The notes below the pieces were generated by a model, which was not told where the DNA came from, did no database searches, and worked only from the letters and a program-made list of their open reading frames with translations. This document shows, one piece after another, positions 34,676 to 44,432 of a DNA stretch of 64,000 bases. The stretch lies in the NCBI GenBank assembly GCA_017421045.1, contig JAFQMC010000020.1:23391-87390 (forward strand), written 5' to 3'. This DNA comes from Clostridia bacterium (GTDB lineage Bacteria; Bacillota; Clostridia; Oscillospirales; Acutalibacteraceae). The translations under genes and the position numbers were made by a program. Numbering within the stretch: the first letter of the stretch is position 1; the number at the start of each line of letters is the position of its first letter.

Positions 34676-37285
34676 ATGGCAGAACTGTCGCCTATGATGA
34701 AGCAGTATTTTGAAATCAAAGAACGCAATAAGGACAGCATCTTGTTTTTCAGACTCGGTGACTTCTACGAGATGTTCTTTGACGATGCAAAACTTGCTTC
34801 ACGCGAGCTTGACCTGACACTTACAGGCAGAGACTGCGGTCAGGAAGAGCGTGCTCCTATGTGTGGCGTGCCTTTCCATAGTTGTGAGGGATATATTGCA
34901 AAGCTTGTATCCAAGGGATATAAAGTTGCAATCTGTGAGCAGACAGAAGACCCTGCAACCGCTAAAGGTCTTGTAAACCGTGACGTTATCCGCGTGATAA
35001 CCCCGGGCACAGTGGTTGAGTCTACAATGCTCGATGAGACCAGAAATAACTACATTTGCTGCGCCTATTATCAGGATAAATCTATTGGACTTTGCTTCTG
35101 TGATGTTTCCACAGGTCAGCTTTATGCTACACATATTACCGGAAAGGATTGCATTGACAGCTTCAAAGACCAGCTTGTAAGCTACAATCCTCACGAAGTC
35201 TTGCTCGGTGGTTTCGGTACAAAGATAAACAGCGTCACGAAATTTATCCGGGAGAGACTTATATGCAGTATCGAAGAACTGTCAGATGAAGAGTTTTCTT
35301 ATCTTGATGGTCTTGATACAATACATCAGCAATTCACAGACAATCAGTGTGATGTAATAAAAGACAGTGCAGAGTTAGTTTCAGCTTTGGGTGCTCTTCT
35401 TGCTTATCTCGGAAGAACCCAGATGACGGGTCTTGAGAGAATAAGCTCAATCGAGCTTTACGACGACAATCAGTTTATGCGTCTTGATTTCAACACAAGA
35501 CGAAATCTTGAGTTGACTCAGACCATGATTTCGAAGGAGAAACGCGGTTCTTTGCTCTGGGTTCTGGATAATACCAAAACCGCGATGGGTAAGCGACTTC
35601 TCCGCTCATGGATAGAGAATCCTCTTATGAATGTTGCCGCTATCATCAGACGCCAGTCTGCTGTAGCTGAGCTTGTTGACGACACGGTAAAAAGACTGGA
35701 GCTCATGGCGGTACTCACGGGTATACTTGACATACAGCGTATTATGACAAAGATTGTCTACGGCTCAGCAAATGCCCGAGAACTTCGCTCTCTTTGCAGT
35801 GCTACCTCCACATTACCCCAGGTAAAAGAGCTTCTTGCCGACAGCACTTCTCCTTATATGAGGGATTTATACGCATCAATAGATACTCTGGAGGATATTC
35901 ACAATCTCATTGATACCGCCATTGTTGACGATCCGCCTTTTACTGTTCGTGAAGGTGGTATGATTAAGAGAGGATACTGTGAGGAACTGGATAGAATCAG
36001 CTCTGATGTAACTGATTCAACCTCTCTTCTGGCCCAGATTGAAGCCGCACAGCGTGAACTCACGGGAATACCAAAACTCAAAGTCGGTTATAACCGAGTA
36101 TTCGGATATTACATAGAAGTAACTAACTCATATAAAAATTTAGTTCCTGACACATACATCAGAAAACAAACCCTTACTAACTGTGAGAGATACATAACTC
36201 AGGAACTCAAGGATCTTGAAGGCAGAATTCTTGGTGCTAAGGACAAAACCACGGCTCTTGAGTACGAACTGTTCACAGCAATCCGCACTCAGGTTGCAGA
36301 TAACTTAAAGCGTATTGAGCAGACGGCTGATGCTCTGGCACAGCTCGATGTTCTCTGTTCTCTCGCTAATGTTGCATCCGATAATAAATACACAAGACCC
36401 GAGGTTGACCTGTCTTCAGCAATTATCCTGAAAGCTTCTCGCCATCCCGTTGTAGAAGCGTTGCTCGATAATTCACGTTTTGTTTCCAATGATGTCTATC
36501 TTGACAATGGAGAAAACCGTGTTGCAATTATCACGGGCCCTAATATGGCAGGTAAGTCCACCTACATGAGACAGACCGCTCTCATAGTAATTATGGCTCA
36601 AATAGGAAGCTTCGTCCCCTGCGAGTCGGCTCACATCGGTATCGTAGATGCAGTATTCACCCGAGTTGGTGCATCCGATGACCTTGCATCCGGACAGTCT
36701 ACATTTATGGTAGAAATGAGCGAAGTTGCAAACATAGTCAAATCTGCTACATCCAAAAGCTTGCTTATATTTGATGAGATAGGAAGAGGAACCTCTACAT
36801 ACGATGGTATGAGCATAGCCCGTGCGGTGCTCGAATATGTTGCAGATAAGAAAAAGCTCGGTGCTAAATCTCTCTTCGCAACGCACTATCACGAACTCAC
36901 TGTTCTTGAAGAGCTTCTCGACGGAGTTAAGAACTACAACATCGCTGTCAAGAAGAGGGGAGACGACATAACTTTCCTCAGACGAATTATCCCCGGTGGA
37001 GCTGACGACAGCTACGGAATAGAGGTAGCGAAGCTTGCAGGTGTTCCTGAGTGGATCATCAGCCGAGCTAAGCAGATTCTTAAGGAACTTACTCTGTCAG
37101 CTCCGGACACGGCAAGAGAATCTCTCAGAAACGTAGATGTCTCAGATTATAGCGAGGATTTACAGCTTTCCCTGATGCCTTCAGCTGACAGTGCTGTGGT
37201 CGATAGGCTCAGAGCCGCAGATGTTGATACCCTCACGCCTATAGAGGCTATCAATCTTCTCTACGAACTGAAAAAGATGTTATAA
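34676..37285 (+). CDS. mutS: DNA mismatch repair protein MutS
   Basis: PMMKQY, GDFYEMF, TGPNMAGKST, STFMVEM, DEIGRGTST. Confidence 0.97.
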   Translation: MAELSPMMKQYFEIKERNKDSILFFRLGDFYEMFFDDAKLASRELDLTLTGRDCGQEERAPMCGVPFHSCEGYIAKLVSKGYKVAICEQTEDPATAKGLVNRDVIRVITPGTVVESTMLDETRNNYICCAYYQDKSIGLCFCDVSTGQLYATHITGKDCIDSFKDQLVSYNPHEVLLGGFGTKINSVTKFIRERLICSIEELSDEEFSYLDGLDTIHQQFTDNQCDVIKDSAELVSALGALLAYLGRTQMTGLERISSIELYDDNQFMRLDFNTRRNLELTQTMISKEKRGSLLWVLDNTKTAMGKRLLRSWIENPLMNVAAIIRRQSAVAELVDDTVKRLELMAVLTGILDIQRIMTKIVYGSANARELRSLCSATSTLPQVKELLADSTSPYMRDLYASIDTLEDIHNLIDTAIVDDPPFTVREGGMIKRGYCEELDRISSDVTDSTSLLAQIEAAQRELTGIPKLKVGYNRVFGYYIEVTNSYKNLVPDTYIRKQTLTNCERYITQELKDLEGRILGAKDKTTALEYELFTAIRTQVADNLKRIEQTADALAQLDVLCSLANVASDNKYTRPEVDLSSAIILKASRHPVVEALLDNSRFVSNDVYLDNGENRVAIITGPNMAGKSTYMRQTALIVIMAQIGSFVPCESAHIGIVDAVFTRVGASDDLASGQSTFMVEMSEVANIVKSATSKSLLIFDEIGRGTSTYDGMSIARAVLEYVADKKKLGAKSLFATHYHELTVLEELLDGVKNYNIAVKKRGDDITFLRRIIPGGADDSYGIEVAKLAGVPEWIISRAKQILKELTLSAPDTARESLRNVDVSDYSEDLQLSLMPSADSAVVDRLRAADVDTLTPIEAINLLYELKKML

Positions 37286-37316
37286 AAAAGTACTTAATAT
37301 CAGGAGGTGACACAAT

Positions 37317-39383
37317 ATGGGTAGAATAAATGTACTGGACAAGCATGTTGCAGAGCTTATAGCTGCAGGCGAAGTAGTAGAACGACCGTCTTCCGTTATT
37401 AAGGAACTGGTAGAAAATTCCATTGATGCAGGCTCTAAGTCCATAACCGTAGAAATAAAAAACGGCGGCACTACTTTTATGCGTGTCACCGACGACGGAA
37501 TGGGCATTATGCGTGACGATGTCCGCAATGCTTTTTTGCGTCATGCAACAAGCAAGGTTGCGAAAGAAAGCGACCTGGACACTATTGCTACACTTGGATT
37601 TCGCGGTGAAGCACTGGCATCTGTAAGTGCTGTTGCTAAAGTTGAACTCATAACTTGTGCCGATAACGAGGATGTAGGCACGTGCTATCGCATAAATGGC
37701 GGAGAAGAATCAGAGTTTTCGGATGCAGGTTGCCCTGTAGGTACTACAATTATTGTCAGGGACCTGTTCTACAACATCCCTGCACGACAGAAATTCTTAA
37801 AAAAAGATGTGGCAGAGGGCAATGCCGTTTCCCTTGTTATGGACCGAATCGCCTTGTCTCATCCTGAGATAGCGTTTACTTTTATCCGAGACTCAAAGCA
37901 AGTTCTCAAAACCTCAGGAGACGGAAAACTGAAATCAGCAATCTACGCTGTATACGGAAGAGACTTTTCAAATTCCCTCATTGATGTGGATTATGAGCTT
38001 GGCGGAGTCAGAGTAGAGGGTTTTATCTCAAGACCCGAAAATGCACGTCCCAATCGCAATATGCAGACGTTCTTTGTTAACAACAGATATGTCAGAAGCC
38101 GTACCGCAGGAGCTGCTGTTGACGAGGCTGCCAAAGGCTCAGTGATGGTGGGCAAATTCCTTTGCTGTGTGCTTAATATTTCAATGTCCTTTTCTGCTGT
38201 CGATGTAAATGTACATCCTGCAAAAATCGAAGTAAGGTTTGTTAACGAGAGACCTTTGTTCGATGCGGTATATCATGCAGTGAAATCAGCACTTTTAAAA
38301 GGAGACAGAAGAAAAGAAGCGATTCTTTCAGCAGGAGTAAGCACCAAAAAGCAGGATCCCTTTGCACAGTTTGACCTTAGGAGCAGAGATGTTGCACCAG
38401 TTCGTTCTAATGAAGTTACAAGGCCAACTAATTCTCCCGTCAGTACAATCACTCAGAATGCTTCACCATTCACTTCTTCCGATAAAACTACGCCCTTTTA
38501 TAAACGAAGAGTCGAAGTGTCCGATTCAAAGCAAGTAGATAATTACCTTGCTTCTCTTGAAATAGTAAAAGAAAAGCAGGAAGAAACATCACTTAAAAAA
38601 GCAACAGATAATATACCTCAGATTTCAAAGGAAAGTATTAATATTTCGACCGCTGATCATTCATCTGAGCCATTATCCGAGAAAAAAGATGTTGTTACTC
38701 ATAACGAATCATCTGTCATAAGGACAAAAATCCCCGAAAGTCCCGATATCAATACTCTACATATAAAAGATGAGACCATATCCCATAGCGAATCACTTCT
38801 TATTGATTCCGCAGATACTCCCGAATTCAAATATGTTGGAGAGGTTTTCAGGACTTACATCGTCATTGAAATTGATAAGGAACTTTTACTTATTGATAAA
38901 CACGCTCTGCATGAGCGCATTATATATGAACAGATAAAATCTCAGGCAGAGAATTTTTCGCAGCTTCTGCTTGTGCCTCAGACAGTAACCCTTGATAAAG
39001 GTGACTATTCCGCTGTTGTTGATAATCTGGATATGTTCAGAGAATGTGGTTTTGAGGTTGAAGATTTCGGTATGCCCTCGGTTCTCGTTCGGTCTGCACC
39101 TCAGTATATCACGGGTGAAGATATTGAGAGCACTGTTGCTGAGATGGCAGGATATATAGCAGAGAACAGGAGAGACATCCGTTCTGAAAAAATGGATTGG
39201 ATTTTTCATAATATCGCGTGCAGAGCCGCTGTGAAAGCAGGCAACAGAAGCACTGAGCCTGAGCTTCGTGAGCTCGCTCAGAAAATACTGAATGATGATT
39301 CTCTCCGTTATTGTCCTCACGGCAGGCCTGTTTGCATAGTTTTAAAAAAGTCAGAGATAGAAAAACAGTTTGGCAGGGCGTGA
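37317..39383 (+). CDS. mutL: DNA mismatch repair endonuclease MutL
   Basis: AAGEVVERP, GFRGEAL, DVNVHP, DKHALHER..YE, CPHGRP. Confidence 0.97.
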   Translation: MGRINVLDKHVAELIAAGEVVERPSSVIKELVENSIDAGSKSITVEIKNGGTTFMRVTDDGMGIMRDDVRNAFLRHATSKVAKESDLDTIATLGFRGEALASVSAVAKVELITCADNEDVGTCYRINGGEESEFSDAGCPVGTTIIVRDLFYNIPARQKFLKKDVAEGNAVSLVMDRIALSHPEIAFTFIRDSKQVLKTSGDGKLKSAIYAVYGRDFSNSLIDVDYELGGVRVEGFISRPENARPNRNMQTFFVNNRYVRSRTAGAAVDEAAKGSVMVGKFLCCVLNISMSFSAVDVNVHPAKIEVRFVNERPLFDAVYHAVKSALLKGDRRKEAILSAGVSTKKQDPFAQFDLRSRDVAPVRSNEVTRPTNSPVSTITQNASPFTSSDKTTPFYKRRVEVSDSKQVDNYLASLEIVKEKQEETSLKKATDNIPQISKESINISTADHSSEPLSEKKDVVTHNESSVIRTKIPESPDINTLHIKDETISHSESLLIDSADTPEFKYVGEVFRTYIVIEIDKELLLIDKHALHERIIYEQIKSQAENFSQLLLVPQTVTLDKGDYSAVVDNLDMFRECGFEVEDFGMPSVLVRSAPQYITGEDIESTVAEMAGYIAENRRDIRSEKMDWIFHNIACRAAVKAGNRSTEPELRELAQKILNDDSLRYCPHGRPVCIVLKKSEIEKQFGRA

Positions 39384-39389
39384 TTCCTT

Positions 39390-40346
39390 TTGTCAGATAA
39401 TAGAATAAGACTCATATCAATAGCAGGCCCTACCGCATCAGGAAAAACCTCTCTCTCGGTTCAGCTTGCAAAATTACTTGGTGGCGAGATTGTATCTGCA
39501 GATTCTATGCAGATCTATAAGTCTATGGACATAGCTACCGCAAAACCCACAAAAGAGGAGATGGAGGGTATTCCTCATCACCTTATGGATTTTGTCGCAC
39601 CAGGCGAAATGTACAGTGTCGCTCAGTACGTGTCTGATGCTACCTGTGCTGTTGAGGATATCGTATCCAGAGGCAAGCTCCCCATCATAGTTGGTGGTAC
39701 GGGACTTTATATGGATTCTCTTCTGTCCGGTGTGCAGTTTTGCGAAGGTGAGGTTGATACTCAGCTTCGCAGAAAACTTCAGGACAAGCTACAGAGTGTC
39801 GGTATCGATGCCATGATAAGTGAACTTTCAGAGTTTGACCCTGAAAGTGCGTCACGATTGGCGCCTCAGCGAAACCCGAAACGCATAATCCGTGCTATGG
39901 AGGTTTACTATACAACGGGCGTTACCATGACGGAGCAGAACAAGCTGTCCTATTCTTCTCCTGCACTGTTTTCACCTACAAAGATTGCGCTTACATTCAG
40001 AGACAGAGAAAAACTCTACGAGCGCATCAACCGACGAGTTGATCTGATGCTTGAGCAGGGACTCGTGGATGAAGCGAAAAGCTTTTTTGCGATGAACGTG
40101 GGCGATACTGCAAAACAGGCAATTGGCTACAAAGAACTAAAACCCTACTTTGATGATGAAAAGTCTTTGGAAGAGTGTGTTGAATCTCTCAAACGCTCCA
40201 CCCGCAGATACTCAAAGCGTCAGTTAACCTGGTTTCGACGAGATGATTCAATCAAATGGTTTTATCCTGATGATTATAATACGTCTGAAGATCTGATTTC
40301 CAATGTTTGCAACTACCTTGCACAAGAAGGATTTGAATTTATATGA
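39390..40346 (+). CDS. miaA: tRNA dimethylallyltransferase (TTG start)
   Basis: GPTASGKT, SADSMQIY, VGGTGLY, AIGYKE, KRQLTWF. Confidence 0.95.
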   Translation: MSDNRIRLISIAGPTASGKTSLSVQLAKLLGGEIVSADSMQIYKSMDIATAKPTKEEMEGIPHHLMDFVAPGEMYSVAQYVSDATCAVEDIVSRGKLPIIVGGTGLYMDSLLSGVQFCEGEVDTQLRRKLQDKLQSVGIDAMISELSEFDPESASRLAPQRNPKRIIRAMEVYYTTGVTMTEQNKLSYSSPALFSPTKIALTFRDREKLYERINRRVDLMLEQGLVDEAKSFFAMNVGDTAKQAIGYKELKPYFDDEKSLEECVESLKRSTRRYSKRQLTWFRRDDSIKWFYPDDYNTSEDLISNVCNYLAQEGFEFI

Positions 40347-41629
40347 AAAAGAGTATCCTAAAAAGAATATTTTTCATCGCGGTAATCGCGGTTATTCTCG
40401 TTTACTTTGGTGTAATGCTCTTTAGAGGCAGAATCGCCACCGACGATATGATCGATACCGAGATTGCAACAAGATATTCTTACAGCGAGAATATTACAAC
40501 TGACAGTACCATTGTTAGAAATGAGTCCCTTCTGACCTACAACGGAAGCAAGGTTCTCTATTATACCGTAAACGACGGCGACATCGTCTCCGTTGATTCA
40601 GAGGTAGCTTTGGTGTTTGCCAATGAGTCAGATGCGCTCAACTACAACCGCATCAATGATATCAGTAAGCAGATCGAGATTCTCGAAAGCCTCAACACCT
40701 CTAACAGCAACATTCAGACAGACTTCTCAGCAATAGATAAGCAAATAGAACTGAATCTGAAAAATATGATAACGGCAGTTAATACTCATACTCCGTCAAA
40801 GATAATTTCTTCCGGTGACAATCTTGTGTATTCGATTAACCAGCGCCAGATAATCACCGGTGAAGTTGAGAATTTCGACGAGCAGATTGCAAAACTGAAT
40901 TCTGAGCTTAAACAGTATCAGCAGTCAGGCGGTACATACACCGACGTAATCAAGACAAATGCCAGCGGTTACTTCGTTGCATCTGCAGACGGATATGAAA
41001 ATGTATTCGATTACGATAAAGTCACCGAGCTTACAGTTGATGATCTATCCGCTGAGCATAATCCCCAGGAAGTCAGCGAAGGAACCATCGGAAAAATCGT
41101 CAGTGGTTTGAACTGGTACGTTGTCTGCAAGCTTTCGGCTGATGAGGCTCTTACGCTTTCTCATTCCAATCAGTCTATTTACTTAACTTTTCCCAATACA
41201 ACCTGTACAGATATACCTGCAACCCTTGTTGCCTTAAACCAGACATCCAAACAGTCAGATGCTGTCGCTGTGTTCAGATGTAATTACATGAACACTCCCA
41301 TAAGCCACCTCAGAAATGAGAGAGTGCAGATATCCGTAAACGCTTATTCAGGTATCAGAATAAGTAAAGAAGCTCTTCACGATGACTACATAGAAATCAC
41401 AGGCGATGATAATTCAACGGTTTCCAAAGAAAAAGTTCAGGGCGTATATGTCCTTCATGGAAACGAGCTTGAGTTCAAGGAAGTCTCAATTCTGTTTGCA
41501 GGACCTGATTTTCTGATTATAGATGAAAATCCCGACCCTGCAACGCTTGTCAGCGGGGAAACGGTAAAATTGAATGATGAAATTGTAGTGAAGGGAGAGG
41601 ATTTATACGATGGAAAAGACGTTAAGTGA
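40343..41629 (+). CDS. Membrane-anchored HlyD/membrane-fusion-like protein
   Basis: N-terminal TM, lipoyl-like halves flanking a coiled coil (V.DGD.V ... SGYF..S.DGYE). Confidence 0.6.
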   Translation: MKKSILKRIFFIAVIAVILVYFGVMLFRGRIATDDMIDTEIATRYSYSENITTDSTIVRNESLLTYNGSKVLYYTVNDGDIVSVDSEVALVFANESDALNYNRINDISKQIEILESLNTSNSNIQTDFSAIDKQIELNLKNMITAVNTHTPSKIISSGDNLVYSINQRQIITGEVENFDEQIAKLNSELKQYQQSGGTYTDVIKTNASGYFVASADGYENVFDYDKVTELTVDDLSAEHNPQEVSEGTIGKIVSGLNWYVVCKLSADEALTLSHSNQSIYLTFPNTTCTDIPATLVALNQTSKQSDAVAVFRCNYMNTPISHLRNERVQISVNAYSGIRISKEALHDDYIEITGDDNSTVSKEKVQGVYVLHGNELEFKEVSILFAGPDFLIIDENPDPATLVSGETVKLNDEIVVKGEDLYDGKDVK

Positions 41630-42320
41630 TATAAAGTATAATTACGAAACCATAGTTGAGAATATTGCGAAGGCAGCTATCGACAGTGGCAGACGTCCTG
41701 AGGATATTACTTTCCTCGCTGCAACAAAAACAGTAGACCCTGTCCTGATAAACTATGCCATTTCCTTAGGGCTTGACCATATCGGCGAAAACAAGGTTCA
41801 GGAGTTGCTCTCAAAATATGATAGCTACGACCTTGATAACTCTCAGCTTCACTTTATCGGTCATCTTCAGTCTAATAAGGTAAGGCAGATTGTCGGCAAA
41901 GTCAGTATGATACAATCTGTCGATTCTCTGAAGCTCGCACAGGAGATATCCCGACAGAGCCAGAAGCAGGGAATCACTACAAAAATCCTTGTTGAAGTTA
42001 ATGTAGGGGACGAGGCAAGCAAGTCAGGTGTTTCACCCGAAGCTCTTGATGAACTTCTTCCACAGATAGCTTTGCTCGACAATATTTCTGTTGACGGATT
42101 GATGGCAATACCGCCAATTTGTGAAAATGAACAGAAAATTCGCGGATATTTTCAAATTATGCGTAAACTGTTTATTGACATATCGCATAAAAACATAGAT
42201 AATATATCTATGAATACCCTTTCGATGGGTATGTCCGGAGATTATCGCGAGGCTATACTTGAAGGTGCAACCCTTGTTCGCATCGGTTCCTCGTTATTCG
42301 GCGCAAGAAATTATAATTAA
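41610..42320 (+). CDS. yggS: PLP homeostasis protein YggS/YlmE
   Basis: AATK, GENKVQE, HFIGHLQSNK, LSMGMSGDY..AI.EGATLVRIGS. Confidence 0.93.
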   Translation: MEKTLSDIKYNYETIVENIAKAAIDSGRRPEDITFLAATKTVDPVLINYAISLGLDHIGENKVQELLSKYDSYDLDNSQLHFIGHLQSNKVRQIVGKVSMIQSVDSLKLAQEISRQSQKQGITTKILVEVNVGDEASKSGVSPEALDELLPQIALLDNISVDGLMAIPPICENEQKIRGYFQIMRKLFIDISHKNIDNISMNTLSMGMSGDYREAILEGATLVRIGSSLFGARNYN

Positions 42321-42338
42321 TATACGGAGGTATTTAAA

Positions 42339-42788
42339 ATGGCAGGATTTGTAGACAAGTTTAAGCGTATGTGGGATGCACCCGACGACGAGTATCAGTA
42401 TGACGAGTACGGATACGGCGAAGAGGAGACAGAGGACTTCGAAGAGGATGTAACTGTCCGCGACAATACATCCAGAAGAAGCAAGGTTGTTAACATCAAC
42501 ACAACCGCTAAGCTTGCTGTTGCTCTCTTTAAGCCTGAGCGTTTCGGCGAAGAGACAAGAGCCATCGCAGATGAGCTTATCAAAACTCACACTGTTGTTC
42601 TCAATCTTGAGAATACAAACAAGGATATGTCCAGAAGAATTATCGACTTTCTCTCCGGCGTAGCATATGCTAACAGAGGCAAGATCAAGAAGGTTGCATC
42701 CAGCACCTTTATTATCATTCCTAATCACGTTGACCTTACAGGTGACGATCTGCTTGATGAACTGGAGAACAGCGGAGTATACTTCTGA
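42339..42788 (+). CDS. sepF: Cell division protein SepF
   Basis: VVLNLE, RRIIDFLSGVAYA; ylm-cluster position. Confidence 0.92.
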   Translation: MAGFVDKFKRMWDAPDDEYQYDEYGYGEEETEDFEEDVTVRDNTSRRSKVVNINTTAKLAVALFKPERFGEETRAIADELIKTHTVVLNLENTNKDMSRRIIDFLSGVAYANRGKIKKVASSTFIIIPNHVDLTGDDLLDELENSGVYF

Positions 42789-42790
42789 TA

Positions 42791-43522
42791 ATGGATGAAA
42801 CACAGCTGCTTCTTTCTCGCGTAGAGGATCTTATCCGGAACCGGGGATATGAAGAACCGCAGTTTCTTGGCTTTCTTAATGAGCATGAGGCTGCGATCTG
42901 TTCAGCGTATCTTAACAACAGGCACATAGACTTCACCCTTTACGGTGGCTACAAAAACGCAACGAGGGTTTATCTCGCTGTTGATGAGTGTCCGTTTGAT
43001 GATTTTCCGATTACAGCATTGCTTATTTCCTCTCACGGAACAAATAAGCTTGGTCATCGGGATTTTCTCGGCTCCGTTATGGGTATGGGTATAAAGCGTG
43101 AGTGTGTCGGCGACATTGTTCTTATCAATGATAAAGATGCTGTCATCTTTGTACGCACTGAAATTGCAGACTATCTCAAAAATCAACTTCAAAAGGTTCG
43201 TAACGATTCTGTTAAAGTTTCTGACTATTCAGGAAACACAGATGCTTTGTGTTCAAAAACTGAGCAACTGCGCCTAATCGTTACATCAATGCGGGTTGAT
43301 AACATTGTCAGTTCCTGTATCAACACATCCCGCAATACTGCGAGTGAGCTTATATCTTCTGATTCGGTGTTTGTAAATCACCTTCAGATTCATAAGCCTT
43401 CACAGCTTTTGAGCAGTGGTGATGTGCTCAGCATCAGAGGATACGGAAAATACGTCATTGGCGACGTTGTGGGTAAGACTAAAAGAGACAGAACGGTAAT
43501 TAATGTATTGCATTATATTTAA
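42791..43522 (+). CDS. ylmH: YlmH-family S4 RNA-binding protein
   Basis: HRDFLGS.MG.GI.RE.VGDI, SMRVD, SIRGYGK. Confidence 0.85.
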   Translation: MDETQLLLSRVEDLIRNRGYEEPQFLGFLNEHEAAICSAYLNNRHIDFTLYGGYKNATRVYLAVDECPFDDFPITALLISSHGTNKLGHRDFLGSVMGMGIKRECVGDIVLINDKDAVIFVRTEIADYLKNQLQKVRNDSVKVSDYSGNTDALCSKTEQLRLIVTSMRVDNIVSSCINTSRNTASELISSDSVFVNHLQIHKPSQLLSSGDVLSIRGYGKYVIGDVVGKTKRDRTVINVLHYI

Positions 43523-43533
43523 GGGGGATAACT

Positions 43534-44412
43534 ATGTTATCTATTGAAGAAATCAAAAACATAAGCTTCAGAAAGGCGGGTATTGGCGGATACAAGCCTG
43601 AAGATGTTGATGCTTTCATAGATCAGGTTCTTATTACTATGGAGCAGCTCAGAAAGGAAAAGTCCGACCTTGTGAAGAAGATGGATATTCTTGCCACAAG
43701 AGTTGAGGAATACAGAGCTGACGAAGACGCAGTTCGCAACGCTCTGCTTTCTGCACAGCGTGTTGCTGATACAACTATAAAAGAATCCCGTGCAAAGGCT
43801 GCATATATCATTGAGGAGTCAGAAAATCTTGCAAAAGCAAAGCTGTATGACCTCAATGTTCAGATTAAGCAACAGAAGAAACAGTATGCTCTTCTGCTTG
43901 CAGAGTGCAATCGCATCAGGGATGAGATAATCAGCAACTGTAATAAGCACATTGTTATTGCAAAAGAACTTCCCTCTGTGGATAAGATCAAGACTATGGA
44001 AGCTGCAATAGATGAGCGTTTTCCCACCGATAATTCAAACGACTACGAGAGAGCCGGTGAGGTAGCATCCACTTTTCATCGTGAACCTTCCGTGAAGAGA
44101 AACGTTGCAGATTCCCCCGTTTCTGAACAAGCTGTTGTGAGCAGTTCTGCCAATGCAGAGAAAAATAACAACACCCCTGCTGAAAAGACCACCCCACAGC
44201 CCGAACCCAAGCAGACTGAGAGTGCTCCTGTCGTAGCAGAGGAAGCTTACGAAACAATCAACATCGTGAGTGACATCGAACCCAGAGACTCTGATGTTAA
44301 GATAAAGAAGGATAAGAAAAAGGGAAGAGCTTTCGGCGTTTTGAAATTCGGCGATGACTATGACCTTAATAACGATAATGATGACGGCGATGCCGAATCA
44401 GATAATACTTAA
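43534..44412 (+). CDS. divIVA: DivIVA-domain protein
   Basis: F.K..GGY...VD.F N-terminus, coiled coil, disordered acidic tail. Confidence 0.85.
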   Translation: MLSIEEIKNISFRKAGIGGYKPEDVDAFIDQVLITMEQLRKEKSDLVKKMDILATRVEEYRADEDAVRNALLSAQRVADTTIKESRAKAAYIIEESENLAKAKLYDLNVQIKQQKKQYALLLAECNRIRDEIISNCNKHIVIAKELPSVDKIKTMEAAIDERFPTDNSNDYERAGEVASTFHREPSVKRNVADSPVSEQAVVSSSANAEKNNNTPAEKTTPQPEPKQTESAPVVAEEAYETINIVSDIEPRDSDVKIKKDKKKGRAFGVLKFGDDYDLNNDNDDGDAESDNT

Positions 44413-44432
44413 TTTTTGGAGAGTAGATTAAT

